Part shown: positions 1 through 8,625 of the stretch, piece after piece | How the letters are laid out: each line of letters starts with the position of its first letter | How positions within the stretch are numbered: position 1 is the stretch's first letter | Assembly (NCBI GenBank): GCA_964016885.1 | Contig: OZ024744.1 | Coordinates: 123,814,001-123,878,000 of the forward strand | Length of the DNA: 64,000 nt | Reading direction: 5' to 3' | From: Eledone cirrhosa | Taxonomy: Eukaryota | The notes under the pieces: generated by a model | Databases searched by the model: none | Told to the model about the DNA's origin: nothing | The model's input: only the letters and a program-made list of their open reading frames with translations | Made by a program: the position numbers and the translations under genes

Positions 1-97
1 GCTGGGTGCTTTTTTACTGTGGCGCCTACATGACCACTTTACAGGGTGGACTGGGTGCTTTTTTATTGCGACACCTACACAACCATTTTGCAGTGGG
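1..97 (-). repeat. Diverged copies (about 2) of the 48-bp SINE-derived minisatellite, cut by the window edge
   Basis: ctgggtgctttttt..tg.g.c.cctaca..acca.ttt.cag occurs twice. It matches the unit at 2205-2513 and the SINE body at ~630-693. Confidence 0.7.
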
Positions 98-527
98 AGG
101 GTGTAGGGGCATATTGTCTCACTACCAAGTAACATTGCTGTTCGTATACACGCATCATAGAGCCTTCATGTGACAATTTTCATTAGACATTATAAAACAT
201 TATACATGACAAAAACGAACATTACTAGAAATCTCATGTTATAAAATAAATAGCATGGATTGGGGTCTCAATATGTAAACTAAATGACTAATTCTGGTTT
301 AAAAAATAAAAAACAATTGAAAACAACCTAAAAAAATTACTCATTTTCCAATACCCCCTCTGCTTATTTTAACAACCTTGCTTATTCGCCCCTTCCCATT
401 TATTCTCCCCTCCCCCTATTATATGGGACCCAAAGGTAGATTTTGTAAAATATCTCAAAGTTTCTGACATAAAATTATAAGAGTAAAGTTTTTTTACATA
501 AATGTAAACAGTTTAATATAAACTGTT

Positions 528-857
528 CTCATTTCATTTCATTTTATGTCCGCTTTTCCCTGCTTGCAAGGGTGGGACGGGAACTGATTCTGGCTTGATT
601 TCTACAGCTGGATGCCCTTCCTAACACCAACCTCATTTACAGTGAGTGCTGGGGGCTTTTTTGCCGTGGCACCTCCACGTCCACTTTACAGTGGAATGAT
701 AGGGACCCCAGTCCTATCATCTCATTTCTACAGCTGAGTAAACTGGAGCAATGTGAAATAAAGTGTCTTGCTTAAGGAAACAACACATCACCCGGTCTGA
801 GAATTGAACTCACAACCTTTTGATTGCAAGGCTCTAACCACTAAGCCATGTGCCTCC
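528..857 (-). mobile_element. tRNA-derived SINE, full-length copy 1
   Basis: Reverse complement of 1086-1425 over ~320 bp with scattered mismatches and a short deletion in the head. On the minus strand it starts GGAGGCACATGGCTTAGTGGTTAGAG and ends in a (GAAAT)n tail. Confidence 0.9.
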
Positions 858-897
858 ATATTCTGTCTTGTGAAATTAGGTGTGGTGTGAGGTATTT

Positions 898-1019
898 GGT
901 GTGAGGTGTTTGGTATGACAGGTGTAATGGTATGACAGATATGGTGTGAGGTGGTTTGGTATGACAGGTGTAATGGTATGACAGATATGGTGTGAGGTGG
1001 TTTGGTATGACAGGTGTAA
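898..1019. repeat. 46-bp GT-rich minisatellite, about 2.7 copies
   Basis: Unit ggtgtgaggtggtttggtatgacaggtgtaatggtatgacagatat starts at ~898, 943 and 989. Confidence 0.9.
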
Positions 1020-1085
1020 AAGTCATGTAATTAAAACAGTATCGAAGAATCTGAATTACATATATATACCTATATATATACCTAT

Positions 1086-1425
1086 GGAGGCACATGGCTT
1101 AGTGGTTAGAGGCATTGGCCTTGCAATCGAAAGGTTGTGAGTTCAATTCACAGACCGAGTGATGTGTTGTTTCCTTGAGCAAGACACTTTATTTCACATT
1201 GCTCCAGTTTACTCAGCTGTAGAAATGAGATGATAGGGACTGGGGTCCCTATCATTCCACTACAAAGTGGTCGTGAAGGTGCCACGGCAAAAAAGCACCC
1301 AGCCCACACAGTAAATGAGGTTGGTGTTAGGAAGGGCATCCAGCTGTAGAAATCAAGCCAGAATCAGTTCCTGTCCCACCCTTGCAAGCAGGGAAAAGCA
1401 GACGTAAAATGATGATGATGATGAT
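1086..1425 (+). mobile_element. tRNA-derived SINE, full-length copy 2
   Basis: Pol III A box TGGCTTAGTGG (1095-1105) and B box-like GAGTTCAATTC (1139-1149). Internal 11-bp hairpin ATGATAGGGAC-tggg-GTCCCTATCAT (1230-1255) and (ATG)n tail at 1409-1425. Confidence 0.9.
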
Positions 1426-1564
1426 AACTATGTCGGAGCTCATAAAATTTAGTCCTACTTTCAAGCTGAGACAACTTACACAGCTCCATATGCAAATGAG
1501 GCTAATCAGCCCATCTATACAGGTGAAAAAACTATATTTTCACCTGTTTCAAGTACCATCAGTG

Positions 1565-1633
1565 AGCAGGGGAACCACTGTCCTGATGATGGCAACAGCC
1601 TGAAATGTACATTGATAGTTGTCCCCCACTGCT
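1565..1633 (+). ncRNA. Putative minimal type I hammerhead ribozyme (Penelope-like element style)
   Basis: Helix I ACTGTC(1577-82)/GATAGT(1614-19), extended by GGGG/CCCC and AGCAG/CTGCT. Core CTGATGA (1583-89), helix II GGC-aaca-GCC, GAAA (1602-05), palindromic helix III AATGTACATT. Predicted cleavage triplet AUU ends at 1613. Confidence 0.6.
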
Positions 1634-1644
1634 TCTGCTGGAAT

Positions 1645-1657
1645 CCACTAGATGGCG
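1645..1657 (+). promoter_or_regulatory. CTCF-binding core motif match
   Basis: CCACTAGATGGCG fits the CTCF consensus CCACYAGRKGGCR at every position. This is a motif match only. Confidence 0.45.
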
Positions 1658-1817
1658 TTAGTCATCAAGCTTTTCAATACTCACAACTAGAAGGCTTTCC
1701 AAGTGTTTATTAACTTAAACATACCATATATCATTAGACATATAAAAATTCACATACTTGTATCTATAAAGATTTGTCAGAGCTAAAACAATGTAGTTGT
1801 TGTTATTTATATTTCAG

Positions 1818-1919
1818 CTTGATTGGCAATTACGGGCATCATTTTTCGAGAATGTTGTTGGTGTTGCTGCTTATGTAGGCTGGCAAAGTTCATGTGTTTT
1901 GAAACCACTCATACAACAG
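1818..1919 (+). CDS. PIK3R4: Internal exon of phosphoinositide 3-kinase regulatory subunit 4 (Vps15/p150), HEAT-repeat region
   Basis: Boundaries tttcag|CTT…CAG|gtaagt, 102 nt. Translates [34 protein letters not shown], matching recalled vertebrate PIK3R4 [33 protein letters not shown]. Confidence 0.95.
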
Positions 1920-2171
1920 GTAAGTCACAGTGAAAGATTGAATTCCAATTACCATTCTTTCTAGTTGAACTGCACCTGACCAACTGAACTAATTGGACAT
2001 TGAGTTTCATTACATAATGCTGATGCAATTAGAACCATTAAACCTTGACCTTTTGATTATTAGACCCCTTTCAATGTATCATCATGCTAGCATCGGTTAC
2101 ACGGTTTGTCCCGTTTAGAGGCAAGTTGGATCAGTTGACCATGTCTTGCTCATACAGAAATATTTCTGGCT

Positions 2172-2513
2172 AGGTTTCTACAGCTGAATGTCTTTCCTAA
2201 CACCAACCACTTTACAGTGTGGACTGGGTACTTTTTGTTGTGACACTTACATGACCACTTTACAGTGTGTACTGGGTTCTTTTGTTGTGACACCTACATG
2301 ACTACTTAACAGTATGTACTGGGTACTTTTTGTTGTGACACCTACATGACCACTTTACAGTGTGTACTGGGTACTTTTTGTTGTGACACCTACATGACCA
2401 CTTTACAGTGTGTACTGGGTTCTTTTGTTGTGACACCTACATGACCACTTTACAGTATGTACTGGGTACTTTTTGTTGTGACACCTACGTGACCACTTTA
2501 CAGTGTGTACTGG
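2172..2513 (-). repeat. SINE fragment whose internal 48-bp segment is tandemly amplified (about 6.4 copies at 2205-2513)
   Basis: tttctacagctgaatgtctttcctaacaccaac matches the SINE at 599-632. It runs directly into units accactttacagtgtgtactgggtactttttgttgtgacacctacatg (47-48 bp). Confidence 0.85.
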
Positions 2514-2552
2514 TGTAAAAAATAGAAAATGAAACTACTGTGACATTTTATA

Positions 2553-2740
2553 TACTGTTTATACTCGAATATAACTCTCCCTCCTTTCTTATTTCTGACA
2601 AATGGGCAAAAATCTAAACCTTATTTATAAACCAAGGCATTATCTTACGATGGTGAATATAAGGCATCTGACCCCCACCTTTTGACCATCGATTTTTTTT
2701 GTGGGGTTTACATATTTCTCAGCTTATATTTGAGTATGTT
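2553..2740. mobile_element. Degenerate MITE (Tc1/mariner/pogo-like ends)
   Basis: Inverted termini atactcgaatataa (2561-2574) and ttatatttgagtat (2724-2737), with an internal partial copy gaatataaggc. Confidence 0.5.
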
Positions 2741-2864
2741 TTTTTATCTATCACCCTCACTACCAGAAAATATGCATACCAGAAAATATACATACATTTT
2801 GTATATAACATAGATTTATATTATAACTAGTGTATATTGTTGTCGGTGTATAACAATAGATTGT

Positions 2865-3005
2865 TTAACCCTTTAGCATTTAAACCAGTTGTATTCAGCC
2901 AGAATTATCTCACCTCTTTCTGTTCAAACCAGCTGTAACTGGCCACTTATAATGATGTTAAGGTTCTCAAAATAGCATCGAAATCTCATAGCTTCGATAT
3001 TATGT
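2865..3005 (+). mobile_element. Truncated TTAA-CCCTTT-ended non-autonomous DNA transposon/MITE remnant
   Basis: Begins TTAA|CCCTTTAGCATTTAAACC, a TTAA target plus CCC terminus as in piggyBac-type ends. It resembles an abundant octopus repeat from memory. The second end is not visible. Confidence 0.5.
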
Positions 3006-3024
3006 GAGATAAAGCCTTTACTAC

Positions 3025-3075
3025 GAGTTGTAGTGCACCTGAGCACTTTACACAATAATTTCATTATTATTATTA
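3025..3075 (+). mobile_element. Extremely 5'-truncated 3' end of the same CR1-type LINE family
   Basis: gagttgtagtgcacctgagcactttacacaataatttcattattattatta is nearly identical to 8391-8448. Confidence 0.85.
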
Positions 3076-3963
3076 AGATACAATAGTATATATAAAGTAA
3101 TGTAAATGTTATGTGAGATATTATGTGAGGTAAAGCCTTTACTGTGAAAATACAAAAATGGCGACAAGGAAGGTCGCTTGACCATGTCTTGACCGAACAA
3201 AATATAATATTTTCACCAAAAACTGCCCTTTAAACACATGTCAGATGGATTACAATATTCATTATTACAATTACTTTCACTGTTCCCTGACAACTAGTAC
3301 CAGTTTCAAGATAGAATTATTTTAACGAAGTATATATAATTTGACTTGATTTTCGCCAACAAACCCCGTGTGGACATGGACGGGGAAAAAATGGAAAAAA
3401 ACAAACAAAACAAATCACTACATCCCTTAAGGATCGCAGTAAGTACTCCACAAAACATATAAACAACAATATACACACAGATTTATATACAGATATATAC
3501 CATATGCATATACACACACGTGAAAAGAAACCACACTATTTCGTGTGAGACACTATACCGGCCAATTTTACCAATTTACATTGGTAAAATATTTCTTAAC
3601 ATTGACCTCGCTTCTAACCCACATACACCTTTTAATTATATATATATACTAGCAGCTGAAAGTTAATAATTTGAAAAAAAAAATATTATTGAAAGTTTAT
3701 TATAAAGAAGCAGTATCAGGGAAAAAAAAACAAAACAAAAAAAAACCTTATTTCGCTGTTAATAAACAACTGCCTTCTACAGTACGTTTCATTTAACTTA
3801 CGCAGCATATTTATTTGTTTACATGTAATGTAATTCAGACTCTTCTGTACACACACAACATTTAGGAAAACGGAAACAAAATACACAAACAAACAGACAT
3901 TTTATTTCTATCGTAATCAAGTGCACTAAACCTATATTGTTTACATTCTGTGTTTTTCTACGG

Positions 3964-5334
3964 ATGGGTAGAAATAACAAAATTGCCATGGTGATATCCA
4001 TCGATGAAATATGCGACAAAACCGGTCGATGTCCCAAAATAGAACATTGCCCAGAAAAGCACATCTGCCATATCTGTGCGGAACCCGAAAACTCGTTCCG
4101 TAATCGCTGGGTCGAATGTGGAACCTGTCGCATCTCTGTCTGCCTTCAATGCGCCACAGGCTTCCGGAGGATCCCAGGCCAAAAAAAGAGACATCATAAT
4201 GCTATGATGGATGGAATATGGGAGATGGTCCAGCTAAAATCCTGGTCCTTTCAGTGTCTGGCCTGTGCGCCTGCCTCCACTAATGTTATTAATGTTATTG
4301 AAAAACAACAACAACAACAACAACAACCGATGACTGTATCTCCCTCCACCATTGTTACTGAACAACGGCAAAAACCTATGACACTGGCTTCTACTGTTAT
4401 TCCTGTGGGAGAACATCAGAAACAACAACAACCCATGTCTTCCACTCCCAGTACATCTCGACACCAACAACTGGTGACTGTGTCTTCCCCTACCATTCCC
4501 GTGGAGGAACATCATCATCACCAACAACAACAACAACCTGCGACTGTGTCCTCCCCTGCCATTCCCGTGGAGGAACATCATCATCACCAACAACAACAAC
4601 AACAGCAACAACCTGCGACTGTGTCCTCCCCTGCCATTCCCGTGGAGGAACATCATCACCAACAACGACAGCAGCAGCAGCAACAACAACAACAACAACA
4701 ACCGACCAGTACAGATTTTGCGGAACTGCAACTAATGATTTCTGCTCTGAGAAGGGAAGTTGCAGGAATAGAGGCAAGCATTCGGGTAGGACCCCACAAT
4801 GAGGGGTCTTATCGGAATGCCTTGCTAAAGAATCTCCCTGTACCTCTTGCTGAAAAGACTGAAAAGACTGCGGAATCTGCTACCCATGAAGTGATTGCCA
4901 TTGGGGTACCAGAGGACAAGGCTGATCTTCAGGCATTTGCTGCCAGCTCAGCCAAAGACCTAGGCTGTGTTCCCCCAAAGGGTGCCCTCCGCCTTGGTCG
5001 ACCTGGTCCAAAACCCAGACTCATCAGGCTGTCTTTCTCGGACCCCGCAGAGGCAACCTCATATCATCTGGCCTCTACTAAAGCTGGGCGTGAAAATCGG
5101 ATTACCTTCCGAACACGCCCAGGCCTACCACCCCATGTATGTCCAAAACTACGTGCTGCAGCTTCCTTGAATCGGAACTCAGCACAAGATGAAAGTTTCA
5201 GTCTGCGTGATGATGGGCAGATCTGGAGGTTTGTCAAGGCTGGTGAAACGTGGAAGAGAGATACCAGCTGGTCTGAGTGTGATCTACCCACAATAACTGG
5301 CGATGTAAAAACTGCTACAACTCTGGGAAACTAA
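3964..5334 (+). CDS. LINE ORF1 protein: PHD-like zinc finger, polyQ/polyH repeats, coiled coil, RRM-like domain
   Basis: First ATG at 3964. Zinc-finger pattern CHIC…WVECGTCRISVCLQC…FQCLAC and heptad-like FAELQLMISALRREVAGIE. The motifs VIAIGVPED and RLGRPGPKPRLIRLSF are typical of CR1/L2 ORF1. The frame is intact. Confidence 0.85.
   Translation: MGRNNKIAMVISIDEICDKTGRCPKIEHCPEKHICHICAEPENSFRNRWVECGTCRISVCLQCATGFRRIPGQKKRHHNAMMDGIWEMVQLKSWSFQCLACAPASTNVINVIEKQQQQQQQPMTVSPSTIVTEQRQKPMTLASTVIPVGEHQKQQQPMSSTPSTSRHQQLVTVSSPTIPVEEHHHHQQQQQPATVSSPAIPVEEHHHHQQQQQQQQPATVSSPAIPVEEHHHQQRQQQQQQQQQQQPTSTDFAELQLMISALRREVAGIEASIRVGPHNEGSYRNALLKNLPVPLAEKTEKTAESATHEVIAIGVPEDKADLQAFAASSAKDLGCVPPKGALRLGRPGPKPRLIRLSFSDPAEATSYHLASTKAGRENRITFRTRPGLPPHVCPKLRAAASLNRNSAQDESFSLRDDGQIWRFVKAGETWKRDTSWSECDLPTITGDVKTATTLGN
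4303..4702 (+). repeat. (CAA/CAG)n and (CAT)n runs within three 63-72-bp tandem units in ORF1
   Basis: gactgtgtc.tcccct.ccattcccgtggaggaacatcatca… occurs three times and encodes TVSSP(T/A)IPVEEHHH(H)Qn. Confidence 0.9.
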
Positions 5335-8148
5335 ACCAGAACAACCTGCCACCCTCTACACACCATCATAAACTGCGAGCAGGGTACAAATTGTTGTCCT
5401 TAAATGCTCGCAGTTTATGCAACAAGATACATCTGTTCGAATCCTACGTCAGAAGCATCGACCCTGACTTCATCACAGTCACGGAAACATGGGCACATTC
5501 CTTACTCTGTGATGGGGTTTTCAGCATTACTGGGTACAACCTTTTCCGCAAGGACCGCATTAACCGCCGTGGTGGTGGTGTGATGGTCTACGTTCGTTCA
5601 AACTTTTCGGTAATTCCTTGCGTTGATTTGAACGAATCACAGGAAGAAGTTTTTTTCTGTGACATACGTATGACCATGTCAACACTTCTGCTTGGTGTTG
5701 TTTATCGCCTCCCCAAACTACCATCAGGACACACAGCTTTGCGATATCCTCAGAGTTGCTGCCAAGAAAACAGCTTATGTGTTTATTGCAGGTGACTTCA
5801 ATCATCCTGAGATCGATTGGGAAACCTTTCGTTGGCCACAGGGTGCAAACGATTTCCTTGAACTAGTGCTGGACTCAAACTGGTCACAAGTAGTCACCTC
5901 TCCAACAAGAGGTGACAACACTTTGGACCTGATCTTCACCACTACTCCTGAAGTGGTTATCAGTTGTACTACTGAGGAACCTCTAGGCGACTCTGATCAT
6001 GCTATGATCATTGCCAATCTGGCACTTGAGGGCAGCAACAAAAACCAGAGCCATCTCCAATCTGCTTGCTTTGATTGGAAGAGGGCGGATTGGAACTTGT
6101 ACTGCACTGAGCTACAGCGCCCAAACTGGCATGAGATGTATAACTCTGGAGATGTGAACTCTATACTCCAGAGCATCCTGGACTCAATATGGATAGTGTG
6201 TGCAGCATCAGTGCCACGGAAGCGGAAAAATAACCACCCCAAAAGTGCAATCTGGGAAACTTCAGCGGTCCGACTTGCCAGGAAAGAACGTCGGAACGCT
6301 GAACGGGAATATAAACTGCATAGATCAGATGCCAACAGAAAAAAGTGGAATAAATCTTCTAACCATCTCAAGCAAGTGACAAAGAAGGCAGTGCTTGAAT
6401 TTGAACAGTGCATCGCAACCAATCCTGACAGTAAGGTGTTCTGGAAATATGTTCATTCAAAGCAGAGACCTCACTCTCCAGTTGGTCCTCTTCGCAATCC
6501 CCACACAAGCCAGATCACTGACGATCCCAAGGAATGCGCAGAACTCATTGCTGAGTGCTATGCAAGTATTTTTACTGTTGAAAACCAGAATGTACCATCT
6601 CCACCATCTCTAACATCAAATTCCATAACAACTATGGAATTTACACCTGCAATGTTGCGACGTCACCTTAAGAATAAGCGCAACTATGCCTCCCCTGGTC
6701 TTGATGGTGTGACATACCTGCTTCTCAAACGTGGCGGGGATTTCCTTTTGCGCCAGCTTTCTTTTTTCTTTCAATACTGTCTCAGCAATGGTGCTACTCC
6801 GGAGCAGTGGAAAACTGCCAGTGTCATTCCCCTGTTCAAAAAGGGCAACCGCATGTCACCTGTCAACTATCGTCCAGTCAGTCTTACTAGCTGTATGGCC
6901 AAACTGATGGAATCCTGTGTCAGAGAAACACTTTGGAACTTCTGGAGCTCTCACAGCCTCATCCGGCCCTCACAGTTTGGATTTATCCCTAACTCCAGCT
7001 GCTGTGATCAGCTTATCGAGTTCCTTGAGGACATCACCCGGATCACTGACAGCGGCTCATGGGTGGATGTTGTTTACCTTGACTTTGCTAAGGCTTTTAA
7101 TTCTGTGCAACGCAAAAGACTTATGGCAAAACTCTCTGCAATGGGTGTGAGGGATGATCTTTTCGACTGGCTGAAATCCTTCATTCTCAGCCGAAAGGAA
7201 GTAGTCACGGTTCTAGGACAGCATTCTTCACCATATGAGATGTCATCTGGTGTACCACAGGGATCTGTTCTTGGTCCTCTTTTGTTTGTGGCATATATTA
7301 ATGACATAGATGCCACAGAATGCCACGGTACTAAAATATGCAGATGACATCAAGCTGTACCTTGAAATCAAAAGGACTGATCCTGAAATTTACAACTCTT
7401 TCCTACAGTCAGACCTGGACACAATGCAGCAATGGATCACAGACTGGCAACTGAAGCTGGCTGTGGACAAGTGTACCACCATGCATTTTGGAAGGAAAAA
7501 TCCAGCGTCCACATACTCCCTCCACAACACTGACATCAAAAAGTCCTCTTGTGAACGTGACCTGGGCATTACTGTCAGCAACGATTTGCGTTGGACAAAG
7601 CATGTCTCTAAGATTGTCAAGAAGGCCGAGGGTGTCTTGGCATCACTCAGCAAGACCTTTGTTAGCCGCTCTCCAGCCATCTATTTAAAACTGTATACAG
7701 CTATGGTGCGACCACACTTGGAATTCGCATCATCAGTCTGGAACCCCTATCTTGCTCAGAACATTGACCTCCTGGAAACTGTTCAGAGACGTGCAACCAA
7801 GCGCATACCCTCCATCAGACACCTACCAGACTCTGAACGCCTTGCTTCCCTGGGCATGGATTCATTGAAGCTCCGACGTCTGGCAATGGACTTGGTGAAT
7901 ACCCACAAAGTTTTTAACCATCTCGCCAACTGCAACCCTGAGCGCCTCTTTGATCTCCATGTGTCTAACACACGTGGACATGCCTACAAGATAAGAAAAC
8001 AGCACAGCTCCCATGACTTTCGCAGACATTTTTCACGCTCAGAGTTGCTGAAGCATGGAACAAACTACCTGCGTCAATTGTTAGCTGCCGAGACACTGCA
8101 TCCTTTAAGACACTCATGCTTCCCGAAATACGTCAAAACTACACCTGA
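5332..8148 (+). pseudogene. LINE ORF2 (AP endonuclease plus reverse transcriptase), broken by three frameshifts at ~5709, ~7310 and ~8031
   Basis: APE motifs LNARSL, VTETW, GGGV, GDFN, LDLIF, SDH. RT motifs PGLDG, YRPVSLTS, QFGF, YLDFAKAF, GVPQGSVLGP, YADD. Restoring one T at 8029-8033 gives the CR1-type end HFFTLRVAEAWNKLP…RQNYT* (TGA 8146-8148). No in-frame stops apart from the shifts. Confidence 0.92.
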
Positions 8149-8312
8149 TGTACCCCTTCCATACACATGCACACATGTGTGTATCATGACTCGTGCACTG
8201 TTCATTTTACTGATGTTTGTGCATTGCCCTATGTACTGTACATGCACTTTTTTGATGAGTTGTGGTGCACCTGGGCACTGTACACAATATTTCATTATTG
8301 TTATTGTTATTA

Positions 8313-8448
8313 TATCATGACTCATACACTGTTTATTTTCCTGACATTTGTACATTACATTATTCTATGTACTATACATGCACCTTTGATGAGTTTTAGT
8401 GCACCTGAGCACTGTACACAATAATTTCATTATTATTATTATTATTAT
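8313..8448 (+). mobile_element. Second, diverged copy of the LINE 3' UTR ending in (ATT)n
   Basis: Aligns with 8182-8312 at an offset of 131 bp. Stem-loop AGTGC-acctga-GCACT at 8398-8413. Confidence 0.85.
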
Positions 8449-8469
8449 CTATTTGTTTCTCCATTTTAG

Positions 8470-8604
8470 GGTCTTAGCGACAGTGAGGAGTTTGTAATTT
8501 ACAGATCATTGGGAGCACTCTCATCCCTTGTAGAACTTGGCCTTATTCAAAAGATTATGCTTTATGATTTTATTCAAGAAGTTGTACCATTTTTGGCTCA
8601 TCCC
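8470..8604 (+). CDS. PIK3R4: Next exon of PIK3R4/Vps15
   Basis: Boundaries ttttag|GGT…CCC|gtaagt, 135 nt. Translates GLSDSEEFVIYRSLGALSSLVELGLIQKIMLYDFIQEVVPFLAHP. This continues in frame from the previous exon and matches recalled human [45 protein letters not shown]. Confidence 0.95.
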
Positions 8605-8625
8605 GTAAGTATGTTTTTTTTTCAT

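Larger units (their letters stand above)
3937..8312 (+). mobile_element. Near full-length CR1-clade LINE in the PIK3R4 intron, sense orientation (5' UTR boundary lies upstream and is unresolved)
   Basis: ORF1, APE-RT ORF2, then a 3' UTR with stem-loop GTGC-acctgg-GCAC and an (ATT/GTT)n tail. Confidence 0.93.

Noticed and set aside
898-1019. 46-bp minisatellite as a relative of the 48-bp satellite
   Set aside because: Only short shared words (atgaca, atatggt), which are expected by chance in such sequence.
1086-1160. tRNA gene
   Set aside because: A and B boxes are present, but the sequence continues into a SINE body and tail and is duplicated as a whole at 528-857.
841-1603. Short ORFs 841-1095, 1148-1339 and 1382-1603
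   Set aside because: They are translations of minisatellite, SINE and (ATG)n tail sequence with no splice or homology support.
3958-7971. Antisense and alternate-frame ORFs over the LINE (poly-Leu, poly-Val etc.)
   Set aside because: These are shadows of ORF1/ORF2 and their CAA repeats, with no recognisable domains.
8032-8424. C-terminal extension of the 7310-8320 ORF and small Cys/His-rich ORFs
   Set aside because: The extension results from a 1-nt deletion. The true ORF2 end is in another frame (stop 8146-8148), and the rest is 3' UTR.
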